DNA from: Amoebidium appalachense
Taxonomy: Eukaryota; Protista; Ichthyosporea
Direction of reading: 5' to 3'
DNA: 64,000 nucleotides
Assembly (NCBI GenBank): GCA_963693365.1
Contig: CAVNZM010000013.1
Span: 3,996,722 to 4,060,721 of the forward strand
The position numbers and the translations under genes were made by a program. Positions 1 through 12,338 of this stretch are shown one piece after another. The stretch's first letter is position 1; each line of letters opens with the position of its first letter. The notes below the pieces were generated by a model. It saw nothing but the letters and a program-made list of their open reading frames with translations, was not told the DNA's origin and did not search any database.

Positions 1-850
1 GCAGGTCTGATCCTTTCTTGCTGCCACGTGTCTTAGCTCTCGCGCACGTCCGACAATACAGGCTCGCCCACCTTATCATGAGGTCAGTGTCTCTTTGCCT
101 GTCTTGTCTCCTTTCCGTGCCTGGGAGCCTCCACGTTGATACATTATGTACATACAACAAACACAAAATTTTAATTTAAAGTTTCTGTACCCGGGAAAAC
201 TTGCAAAAAACACTATTTGACATCCGATTTTCGTGGAGCTGCATTTATACACCTCTCCCTAGATGCGATTGGACGGCAATCCACCGTCAAGCCATCTAAG
301 GCTAAAAATTCTAGCCAAATAAACCTATTCCGCATGCCATCACAAAGCCCGACCCAGCCATCGAACGCCCTCCTGGGCGCTCCCCCTATACTGACTGAAC
401 CAGCGCCAATTTGGACGTGTCTCGGTCGGGTCGGGCGCTGGTTGATGCATTATTTCCGAGCTAGAAAAAATTCCCAAAAACGGGGGGTAGGATGTGTGTG
501 CAGAGCCTACATAGCATATGCATCGGTACTATGTGAAAATCATATTAATACTCAATGTGACGACCAACAGAATTCAACAAAAAGTCTAAAGTGTTCACAT
601 TGCCAGCCAGTGTAGCAGACACCCGTAGGGAAAGAGGTAAAACGCGACATAAAAACTCAAACCTATCAACATGCTTGCGATTAAAAAGTTCAGCACAAAA
701 GTGGCACCAGCGGCGATGGAAACAAAAATTACAACGCCACTGCACAACTTCCCAGGCAATATCAACATCAGAGCACCATACAGACTTATCTACTAGGGTG
801 GTATCCATACGTACAGCAGGAGAAATATATCCTGCCAAAGCTCCCAAAAG

Positions 851-1175
851 GGACTTCACTTTCACTTCGATCTCTTAGCTGTCACGTCAACTTTTTTGCC
901 CGATTCTTCACCATGGCAGGTATATAAAGGCTTTTGTTTCTTCTTTTTGTGGTGGACTTCACTTTCACTTCGATCTCTTAGCTGTCACGTCAACTTTTTT
1001 TCCCGCTTCTTCACCATGGCAGGTATATAAAGGCTTTTGTTTCTTCTTTTTGTGGTGGGAGGGAGTCCTTTGGACTTCACTTTCACTTCGATCTCTTAGC
1101 TGTCACGTCAACTTTTTTTCCCGATTCTTCACCATGGCAGGTATATAAAGGCTTTCGTTTCTTCCTTTTGTGGTG
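851..1175. repeat. Three tandem copies of a ~105-120 bp unit containing a TATA-like motif
   Basis: GGACTTCACTTTCACTTCGATCTCTTAGCTGTCACGTCAACTTTTTT...CCATGGCAGGTATATAAAGGCTTT recurs at about 851, 954 and 1072. Confidence 0.9.
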
Positions 1176-2438
1176 GGAGGGAGTCCCACTCAGGGGAACG
1201 TGACTGCAGCGTGTGTGTGGTGTGGCCTGGTGTATTCCTACTGCTGTGAGAGTGTGCCACGGGCATCTCCCTTTCGCGGAGTTTCTCGCTTGAGAATTGG
1301 TTTCTTCAACACCTGGTGTTCCACTGCAACCTATGGTAACTTCTACACGCTGTCTATGCTTCTACGCGACCTATTGGCGGTGGGCTGCTGCAACTTCTTC
1401 AGCTACATCTGCGCTGCGTGAGTGGAGGGGCGGCTACTTGGTCGTCGGGGAGCTTTCCAAGTGACTGCCAGTCCTTAGCCTCCAGTCGTATGGCAATGAC
1501 CGGGTTTGCTTGCATGCATTCTGTAATTGTGTTTTTCTGTGTGTCCTGCCACAACTAGGCCACCTTATCAGAGAGCTAGATGCAGTTTCTCCGGGTTATC
1601 TAGGGGCCGGGCCCGTTGGGATTGTTTTTTAGCTCAGATTTGGTCTGCATTGCTCTTTTAGAGGCTGACTTGCTTGCTGTGCCTTGGTAGGTTTTGAGGG
1701 GAGCCTGTTGGGAAGCAGCAGTAATGATGTCTTCTGCGGCAGAGTGTGGTCTGGTCAACATCGATGCATATGACTAGTTGGAGCAAACTAGTTTCACACA
1801 TACACGTACACTTAAGGTTTTGCCCGCTGGTGCCAGTGTCCTTTGTCACTTGTCGCTTTATTTTTATTTCGTTGCTTTGGCTTTTTCAGTTCTATTGGTG
1901 GTACTGTAGCCTGTGGCTGCACGTTGCCTTCATCAACGGATCAATAAAAACGAGTCAAAAGAAGAAAAAAAAAGCGATAATGATCAGTACGGTGTTGCCT
2001 AAGGAACATACACATGCCGACTGAGTTTTACCTTTGATTTCTCTATCAGAACGAGAAAGAAACTTATACTGGGTATGGTAATAACGCGAAAAGGCAGAAA
2101 AAACAGGAAGAGAAAAGAAAGAGGGAGTGAGATAGCGAGAGGAAGAATCAGGTTGAAAGAGGGTAGGCTGAGGACATTCAGAAGCAGCGTTGGTGAATCG
2201 GGGGGGAAGAGGGATGAATTTCGGTAATCGGCCGACGAGGAGTATTTTTTTTCTCTTTTTCTTTTTTGGCGTGCTACAGACTACCGGCACCATACTCTCG
2301 AGAGCTGTCGTATGCGTGTAGTCGGAAAAAACTTGTTTTTTACAAATTTGTAGGCGTACCCTCTGCAGGCGTACCCAGTATAGTACTCGTAACTCATGGT
2401 GTGGTTTCCCTGTGACTGGAGCGTACTTCGTGGTCATC

Positions 2439-3712
2439 ATGAATCCCAGTCAGAATACGTCCCCAGGTATACGTCATGCCTCCCCCGGCCCCCCACTTCG
2501 CCCTTACAGAGCTACAGTTATCGTCAATACACATCAGTGCACTGAGTGCCCAACACCATGCATCAGTCCGTCAAGCTGTTGAACCCTGCCGTTTCTCCCA
2601 GGCCCGTCTTTCCCTCCCCCATCCCTAGCCTCCCTTACACGACCTGCTGCCTTCCCATTTCAAAACGGGTTTGCTTGCTTGCCAGAACGGGTAGGAGTGC
2701 TCTCAGGAGTCGACCAGGAAGCAGGTGCGGTGAGAAGGGGTTTGGGGCAGGGAGGGGAGGGGGACTCAGATAACAGCCACCCGCCCATCGTAACCTCATT
2801 TCACTTGAAACCAACGTGAACACACACACTCATGTTGGTCTTCACCGCCACCCTACTTACAGGGGAGAGTCCCTGGGTGGAGTATCGGGCTGGCAACCTG
2901 CCCGTCATCTTGTCTGTGCCTCACGGGGGCTTGGAGAAACCAGCAGCATCCCTTGACAGAACGTGTGTGGTCTCTCCTTCCTCTTTAACTGCCCGCCGCA
3001 CCATCCCCACCCCATGGCTACCAGGTTGAGTCACTAGGCTGTGTGTGTCCCTTCTTATATGGGATGACCCCTTTTTCTTCACCCTTCTCCTTTCCTTTTC
3101 AAAACTTTACTACTCATTGACTCGTTTCAGTCGTGCTGCCTTTCCGTTGTTACCTGTATACCTCCTCCTCTAGCCCACCACCCCACCCCGTGGCAACCTA
3201 CCAACGCCCTCCCACTGTCACCTCCTCCACTGGCCTCACGCAAGCAGTGCACTTGCTTGTATATTTGTTAGCTTATTATCAGCGGTGGATTGGTTTGTAT
3301 GATTAACTTGTATATTGTATTGTGATTGGCTTTCATGCCAACAGGCACACGATTGTTCATGCACCACCAAACTGCCGTGCCCTTCCGTTTGCTTTTGCCA
3401 CATCCCCGTGCTTTTCCCCGCGACACAATGCCAGTCCTGTCCCCTCGCTATTCCCCCTCGAATGTGTACTTTTATTCTCTGTAACGCACTCTTAGCTACC
3501 TTCTTCCCCCCCCCCCCCCCCTCCCCCCCCCCCCCCCAAAAAAAAAAAAAAAAAAAAAAGAAAGAAAGAAAGAAAGAAAAAAGAAAAAGAAGGAAAGAAA
3601 AGACTTAAAGGGGGGGAGGGGGGGGGGGGGGAAGAAATAAAACACCTGCAGTTTTTTTTTTCCCTTTGTGCGTGCACACACAGACGCAGATACACACACA
3701 CACACACACACT

Positions 3713-3744
<32 letters not shown>

Positions 3745-3836
3745 CCTGCAGGTTGATGAGGGTCTCTCTCCCTCCCCTCCCTCCACCCCACACACACACA
3801 CACACCTTTTCCCTGTATGTGCGTGCACAGGAGCAC

Positions 3837-3904
<68 letters not shown>

Positions 3905-4729
3905 CACCACAGTGTGCACATACACACTCGTGGACGGGAAGGTACTGAAGGATGGTGTGTGCGAGTGCTAGTCTGACTGTGGGGCTGCAGGTCAGGGTGC
4001 CTGGAGGGAGACGACAACTCGCTGGGCCTGGCCTATGCCGTGTACGAGCGCCTTGTGGAGCTCAGCAGCCAGGCCGGTCCTGGGCCTGGCCGGGTGGGGG
4101 CACAGACACTGAGGCCGCACTTTGTGGTGTCGCTGCTGGACCGCACCAAGCTGGACCCCAACCGCCCACGGCACACGGCCACCCACCCGGACTGTGAGCT
4201 CAGCCTGTCTGCACACGACACGTACCACGGGGTGATTGCAAGTGCTATCAGGAAAGAGCTCCAAACAGCCCCCATTGTTTTTCTGTTCGACATCCATGGG
4301 CAGAGTCACCGGCCACACACGTGTGAGCTTGGGTACTATGTCAAAACACCGGCCCTGCGCACCAGCACCAGTGACTGGCACCCCGACACGGCCCTCGGCA
4401 GCAGCCTGAGGACCCTGTTCCTGCGCAGGCCAGGCATGGCCATGGCCGAGTTTGGCGACTGGGTGCGCGGCACCAACAGCCTCGGCGCACTGCTGGAGGC
4501 CAGGGCCTGTCCGTGCCTACCGTCACCGTCCAACCCGGCGCCCGGCGAGAACGAGACATATTTCTGGGGTGCACACACGGTGATGACCTACGGGCAGGTG
4601 GAGGGCTGTGTGGCAGTGCAGATCGAGACCCCCCGGCACTGGAGGGCTGATGCAGCGGCCTGGAGAGACTACGGGGGCAGGCTGGCTGAGGCGTTGCATG
4701 CCTACGTGGTGAGAGTCGGCCAGGCGTAG
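2439..4729 (+). CDS. N-formylglutamate amidohydrolase-like protein (Zn-hydrolase fold), 3 exons: 2439-2466, 2863-2962, 3991-4729
   Basis: GT-AG junctions join in phase to give ...[13 protein letters not shown]...[20 protein letters not shown]...RTKLDPNR...YH...LFDIHGQSH...[13 protein letters not shown]..xDxNR, DxHG and QxE are the motifs of this family. The first exon is the least certain. Confidence 0.75.
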
Positions 4730-5627
4730 GCGGTGCTCTGAATATGCGGTGGTAATAGGTGTGTGTGCAGACAACAAGTAGAAGTGCATGTGCTGGGGTG
4801 GTAATTGGGTGTGCGCGCAGGGAACAAGTGCTGGGGTGGTAATGGCTGTGCGTGCAGGCCCTGGGACAAGTGGGCATACTGGGGTGATAATATGTGTGCA
4901 TGTAGGGGACAGGTAGGTGTACATAGGTGGTGATATTTTGCAAGGGACAAGTACGTGTATTGGGGTGGTGATAGGCTGCAGGGCACAAGTGGGTGTACTG
5001 AGGGTATAGGTGTGCGCGCAAGGGACAAGTAGAAGTAGGTGTGAATATAGGGGACAAGTAGAAGTAGGTGTGCATGCAGGTGTCACAGGGGACAAGTTGG
5101 TGTATTTAGGAGGTGATAGGTGTGCATGCATGGGACAAGTAGGTGGTGATAGGTGTGCATGCAGGAGACAAGTGGGTGGTGAAAGGTGTGCATGAATGGG
5201 ACAAGTATGTGCTGGAAATGTCTGCATTCACGGTACAGTGGTTGCAGTAGTCCAATAGGAGAGATGATGTAAGTTTGTATCGACCCTATAAAGGTGTGTG
5301 TTATGATGAGTAGACGTGGTGTGTAGAAGAGCCATCATACACATGAAATTCAATGAAATATACCGACTTTCATATTGCCTTTGTGCCTGATAATTGTCGT
5401 TCGGCTACGTGCGAAACTGTATGAAAACCCCATTCTGATGCAGCAATTACTTGTGGATATGCCCAAAGATCATTTTGAATCCTGGTGGTGTTCCAGGTTT
5501 TTCGCTATCCCGCCCCATGATGTGCTAAAAACATACGTGTGGTTGAATTCGTCCATCTGTCGAATACTTCATGCAGGTGCCTTCGGGGTGTGTCACGTGA
5601 CCTAAATTCCTTCATGTGCCTGGCACG

Positions 5628-5903
5628 CAGCCAGCACGCCATTGGTCAAACGCATGTCGGCCCAGCAGGCTATTGGTCAAACACACGTCGGGCCAGCAGG
5701 CCATTGGTCAAACACATGTCGGCCCAGCAGGCTATTGGTCAAACACATGTCGGCCCAGCAGGCTTTTGGTCAAACACATGTCGGCCCAGCAGGCTATTGG
5801 TCAAACACATGTCGGCCCAGCAGGCTATTGGTCACACACATGTCGGCCCAGCAGGCTATTGGTCAAACACATGTCGGCCCAACAGGCTATTGGTCAAACA
5901 CAT
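5628..5903. repeat. 31-bp minisatellite (~9 copies) overlapping the THOC5 stop codon
   Basis: Unit GGCCCAGCAGGCTATTGGTCAAACACATGTC. The THOC5 TAG (5887-5889, minus) lies in the last unit. Confidence 0.9.
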
Positions 5904-7137
5904 ACTGCCGCAGCTGGTGGCTGAATCTTGTAGGCATGCGCCTGTCTCTGCCCCTGCAGGCGGTGGTCTGTCAGCACACAGCATGGCCCTGGGGGCCACG
6001 GGCAGCACTGAAGGGCCTGCACCTCGCCATGGCCGCACCGAACCTCCTAGGCCTTGGCTTGCGCTATGAAAATTCTAGGCTGAGGATTCTTGCTCTCTAT
6101 CATTGTGGCCCCATTTCGTTGGCTGCTATCAGTCAATTACTTTGCGCCATATTTGAGCCCTGGTCATGCACAAGGCCATGTATGTCGACATACATGCACT
6201 TGCGTACGCCCACACCGCTGCAGGCATGCATGTTTGTGTGCAGTTGCGATTATGCACCAGCGGCGCAAAAGTCAGATGCAGCCACAAAGGGCAGCTGAAG
6301 TAGGCGTGTTTGTCTTCCCTACCCTACCTCTCTACTCTTCTTCCCCCCACCCCACCCCTCGCCTCCCCTCCCCTCTCTCCCTTCCTTTCTTTTTTCTTTT
6401 TCCTCCGCGGCGGCGGCGGCTGCGCAGGCCGGGAGGGGGGGGGTTTGAATGCGGAACACAGTACGAAGTACGCATAGACGATGAGAAGCATGGTGCAGGA
6501 CACATGCAAAGGCAAACATTCAAGTATGCAGCATCAGCCATGCGCACAGTATGCGTCATAAGCAGAGCCCATCCTCAGGGAGGGCCCAAGTCATCAATTG
6601 CGTCTGAGTTTCGACCCCTTAGCCAGCGTATATACGACGCTCCAACTCAGACAGCAGCATCAACTGAACTTGGGTGGGTCAACCCGTCTTGATCAAAGAC
6701 GAGCAGGGTTGCTTATGCAAGCAAGGTGAGCAAAACGGTGAAGATGTGTGTGCAAACTAATGCAGTGCAGCGACAAACGCGTATGTGCTTACAGATGCAC
6801 GACACAGAGCAACCATGCCCGGTTGCATGGAAGTAAAGATGTCTCCACACAGTGGTCTGTCCTGAAAGGACACCTCTGAAAGAAGACAGGGGGGTTTGAA
6901 TGCGGAACACAGTACGAAGTACGCATAGACGATGAGAAGCATGGTGCAGGACACATGCAAAGGCAAACATTCAAGTATGCAGCATCAGCCATGCGCACAG
7001 TATGCGTCATAAGCAGAGCCCATCCTCAGGGAGGGCCCAAGTCATCAATTGCGTCTGAGTTTCGACCCCTTAGCCAGCGTATATACGACGCTCCAACTCA
7101 GACAGCAGCATCAACTGAACTTGGGTGGGTCAACCCG

Positions 7138-7169
<32 letters not shown>

Positions 7170-10100
7170 TGTTACTTCGTGCGGCGCTCATACAGGCGGC
7201 CCAGGACGGAGTCATCGACTGTGGCCTGGACTATGCGTACATAGGCATCGAACACCTCCTGGATGGGGGCACGCACGTGTGAGGCATGCTATGGCGGCAG
7301 CTTATGCTGGCGCCTTGCAGTGTGCAGATGGTGTGTTTTCGGTGTGTGTGTTTGTGCCCATGTATGCATATGTCCGTGTGGTGGTGCCTGTGCGCGCGTG
7401 TGTGACTGCTGCTGCAGGGTCGACTTGCAACTAAGCATTTAATCTGCGTACAATCTGCCGTGGGGACACCCCCTCAACACTAGATATGCCCACAAGCCAA
7501 AGGGCCTCGAGTGCCATTCCCCCATTTCCATGTTAGAATCGGCGGAGCAGTACGCTTTAGACTATAAAAAGGCTCATCGTGTAGGCAGATGTGTGTGCGT
7601 GTGCTTGTGTCTGGCAATTGCGGGGTGAACGAATGTGTGCCCACGGATTTGTTTGCCGTGCGCATGATTGTACTCACATGTCCAGGGCATGTGTATGATT
7701 GTACTCACATGTCCAGGGCGTGTGTATGATTGTACTCACGTGTCCAGGGCATGTGTCTGATTGTATTCACGTGTCCACAGCATGTGTATGATTGTATTCA
7801 CGTGTCCACAGCATGTGGATGATTGTATTCACGTGTCCACAGCATGTGTATCATTGTATTCACGTGTCCACAGCATGTGGATGATTGTATTCACGTGTCC
7901 AGGGCAAGTGTCTGATTGTATTCACGTATGATTGTATTCACGCGTCCAGGGCATGTGTCTGATTGTATTCACGTGTCCAGGGCATGTGTCTGATTGTATT
8001 CACGTGTCCAGGGCATGTGTCTGATTGTATTCACGTGTCCAGGGCATGTGTCTGATTGTATTCACGTGTCCAGGGCATGTGTCTGATTGTATTCACGTGT
8101 CCAGGGCATGTGTATGATTGTATCCACGTGTACACCGGTTGTCTATAAATGTATTCATGTGCACTTGCGATGACTGTATTCGGAATACGCATGATGGTGT
8201 TCACCTGCAGGCATATGTATCTATTCACGTGCACTTGCATGATTGCAGCCACATGCATGTGCATGATTCTATTCACGGGCCCACGGCTGCCTTTCTGCCG
8301 ACACGTGGCACCGTGCTACCTGCACCAAGGCCCCACCTGCAACCTGCGCCCTTGTGCCCCCCTGCTAACAACCACCGCTCCCGACTGTTCTCCGCCCCCC
8401 TCTCCGCAAATCCCAAACCATCACCTCCACCGCCTGTCCCACCAGAGAAGCTCTACATAATTCCGCATTGGCCTGCCAGCCACTCCCACACACACCATAT
8501 CCTGCGATTGGCTAGTATCCACACACGCACCTGTAGGCGCCGCATCTGCAGGGTCAGGATGTAGTTGCGGGAGGGTGGGTCCCAGGCCAGGCCATGTGCT
8601 GTGTTGACCTCGTGCTCCATGTGCTGGGGGGGGGGGGGGGGGGGGGGGGAGGGGGTGTTTGGGTGGGGGGAGGGGGGGAGGGGTGGGGGGAGGGGGCGGT
8701 AAGAATGTGTTAACACAAAAAAAGAAAACGTAACAAAAAGCACACTACCTCTGGTTTCAGAGGCATACCATCGTGTGTGTGTGCATGGGTGGGGATACAG
8801 GGCTATACTCTGACGTTGCTGGTTGTGTGGGTCAGGGGCCGAAGGTTTGGCATCATATCATTGCCTAGGCCTATGTGCGTGTGTGTGTGAGTGGGGGAAT
8901 GAGGGGGTGGGTGAGGGGAGGGAGGGGGGGGGGGGGGGGGGTCATACCCTGAGGCACCAAGGTGTGTGTGCATGGGTGAGTATCCTACTTAAAAAATGTG
9001 TGTGCATGTGACGTAGCCTACGATAAGCCTATGTGTGTGCATGGGGGGTAACTTACTCTAAGCCTATGTGTGTGCATGGGGCTTAACCTACACTAAGCCT
9101 ATGTGTGTGCATGGGGAGGCAACCTGCACTAAGCCTATGTGTGTGCATGGGGAGGCAACCTATCCTGAGCCTATGTGTGTGCATGGGAGGCAACCTATCC
9201 TGAGCCTATGTGTGTGCATGGGAGGCAACCTATCCTGAGCCTATGTGTGTGCATGGGGAGGCAACCTACCTGAGCCTATGTGTGTGCATGGGAGGCAACC
9301 TACCCTGAGCCTATGTGTGTGCATGGGAGGCAACCTACCCTGAGCCTATGTGTGTGCATGGGAGGCAACCTACCCTGAGGCACCACGGTGTGTCGCCCTC
9401 AGCCACGCCCTTTCTGAGGCTGAGGGAGTACTCGGGCAGGCGATTCGGATAGTCGATGGGCACCTTGATGCGCAGCTCCAGCTCGTCTGGGGGGCTGCGG
9501 TGAGCTGGAAGGGCACAGACATGCACAGGCGCCATAGGTGGCATGGTGGGTGAATCGGGTAAAGGGAAGGCACCATGCAGGTGTGCCAGTGTGTGTGCAT
9601 GTGTGCATGTGTGCATGTGTGCATGTGTTTATGTGTTTATGTGTTTATGTGTTTATGTGTTTATGTGTTTATGTGTGCGTGTGTGCATGTGTGCATGTGT
9701 GCATGTGTGCATGTGTGCATGTGTGCTGGCGGCATGCAGGGCCAGCTGTCTGTTTCTGCTACCGGCAGCCCTTGGTATATGCCATGCACTCCTTGGCCTT
9801 CCCTCCCTGCAACTCATGCTACCCTCCCCCCATTCATCCCCCTCCCCAACTCCCACCAAGAACTCACCCCTTGGGGGTGCCCCCCTACTTCCCTCCCCCT
9901 TCCTCCCCACCTTCTCTCTCCTCCCCTTCTTTCCCCCTCCCTCCCCCTCCCGCTCCCCCTCCCGCTTCCCCTCCCCCCCCCCCCCCCTCCCCCCCGTTCA
10001 CCCCACCTCAACCCCCCCTCTCCCCTCTTTCCCTCCCCCCCTCCCTCCCCCCCTCTCTAAGCCCCCCCTGCCCCCCCTCCCTAGCTTTCCCCCCGCCTTT

Positions 10101-10922
10101 CCCTCCCTCTTTCTCTTTCTCCCCCCCTCCCCCCCCCCCTCTCTCTCTCCCCCCTCTCTCTCTGCCTCTCTCCCCCTCTCTCCCCCCTCGCTCTCTTTCT
10201 CTTTCTCTTTTTCTTTCCTTCTCCCCAGGGCCTCTCTCTCTCCTTCCCCACCCTCTCCCCCCGCTCCCCTACTCCCCCACTCCCCGCCTCCCCGCCTCCC
10301 TCCTTCTCTCTCTCTCTCTCTCTCCCCCCCCCCCCCCCCCCCCCGCCTCCCTACATTACACGCTTGCACACCCTTCTCAGTGCAGTCTGATTGGTTGGCA
10401 CTTACAGTCGCCATTTGCCAGATAGCCGCTGAACTCCAGGCTGTGTTTCTGCCCCCACACCGTCAGGACACCCGCATGCACAAGGGCACCATGAGAAGCA
10501 ACAGACATCTATGGCATAGCAGCCTGATGCTTTCGGCTTGCTTCTTTGGTTCCCCCTGTTTGATTTTGGCTTGGTTTGAATCGTTAGCACTCTCTGTCCA
10601 AAACGTATGTATGCATCATTGGCCTTCACTATTTTTAGGTTTTGGCTTGCATTACTGATCCTCTCGGGGGGGAGGGGGGGGGGGGGGTGGCAAGCTGCGA
10701 GCCAAACAAAGCAAAAGCCACTTGAACAAAACCCAGACCAACCAACTCAATTCAAAAGGCAGACAATATGTAGGGCCACCTATACCAGTGGTCATTTTGT
10801 ACAAAAGAACGGGTTTCAACCCTTTTGCTTTGGGGTGTGTGGTTCCCTGACTATTCTGTACTTTAACGGCTAAGCATATGGCCATGGCGGGGAAGGTTGG
10901 GAGGGGAAGGGGGAGGGGGAGA

Positions 10923-10954
<32 letters not shown>

Positions 10955-11249
10955 AAGGGCCATAACGTCCGAAGTACATATTCAGAACGGACAACACAAT
11001 GCAGAGTGCAAACCGCACACAAAGAATATGCAAAATAAACAGAGCCCATTCTCAAAAAGGGGCCCACGTCATGAACAGTACCCGAATTTCGGCCGATTTA
11101 CCTCGTCGACGATACCCAACTCAGACACTGTACATGGGTGGCACACGTCTTGATCAGAGACGAGCAGGGCTACTTATGCGAACAGGCAACAGGCAAGGGC
11201 GGAAAGACCGGGGATTAGAGTTGCAGCAGTCAGCAGAAGCAAGAAAAAT

Positions 11250-11285
<36 letters not shown>

Positions 11286-12304
11286 TGGAAAGGGGCATAC
11301 ATCTGACAGGAGAGAAAATTTGTTGAGAGTTGAGTTGGATTTGAGGGGGAAGAGCTCCTTGAGTCGTGCCTGGGCCAGAGGTCCGAAATCGAGCTGATGG
11401 CCGGCTGTACATGTATGTGTGTGCGTGGGTGGGTGGGTGGGTGGGTGGGTGGGTGGGTGGGTGGGTGGGTGGGGGGGGGGGGGGGGGGGTATGTGTGTGT
11501 GGGTATGTGGTTGTGGTTTGTGTGAATGTATGTGTGCGTGTGTGTGTGGGGTTGGTGTGTGTGCGTGTGTGTGATGGGTATGCATGGGCCTATGTGTGGG
11601 GAGTGTGGAGTGTGTGGGTATGTGGGTGAGTGGGTATGTGGGTGGGTGGGTGGGTGGGTGGGTGTGTATGTGTGTGGGTGTGGCGTAGGAGGGTATATTG
11701 TGTGTGGTGTGGGTTGTGTGTGCATGTGTGTATGTGTGTGTGTGTGTTGTGGGTGGGTCTGCGTGGTGGCATATCATATGTGTTAATGGGGGGTGTGGGG
11801 CTGCCCAGCGTGCGTTCGCAAGTGTATAATGGTGCGGGTGTGGGCATGTGTGCCGAAGTGCCTTTACGTGTGCTTGCCTGTGTGGGTAGGTGCAGCTGTG
11901 CGTGGCTACAAGTTCCTGCAGGTGTGGGTGTGCGTCGGTACATGTGTGTGTGTGTATGTGCCTGTGAGTGTGTGAGCAATCATACTTCCTCGTGCTCTTG
12001 TCCGTGGGTTGTTGTGCTGGCATGTCAGCATTGTTTGTTGTGTGGGGAGGCATGGCCACACCATTATATAAGCAGGTCAATAAAACAGAACTTTCGTGAC
12101 TACAAAATCACACCATGCACAACCATAACGCATTATCATCGTGTGAGTACAACCTCAACCCCCTCATTTCTTCCAGGCATCTGCTTTGTGCCCATTATGC
12201 CCATCAGGCAAGTGCCGCAATGGTTCTTGCTGTGGCTGCCAGCACCGGGCCCACCCACACAGTTCATCGACAAACAGCGCCCAGTGCATACACGCCCCAT
12301 GCCC

Positions 12305-12338
<34 letters not shown>

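Noticed and set aside
7174-7282. Plus-strand peptide LLRAALIQAAQDGVIDCGLDYAYIG
   Set aside because: It is the antisense shadow of THOC5 exon 7258-7176.
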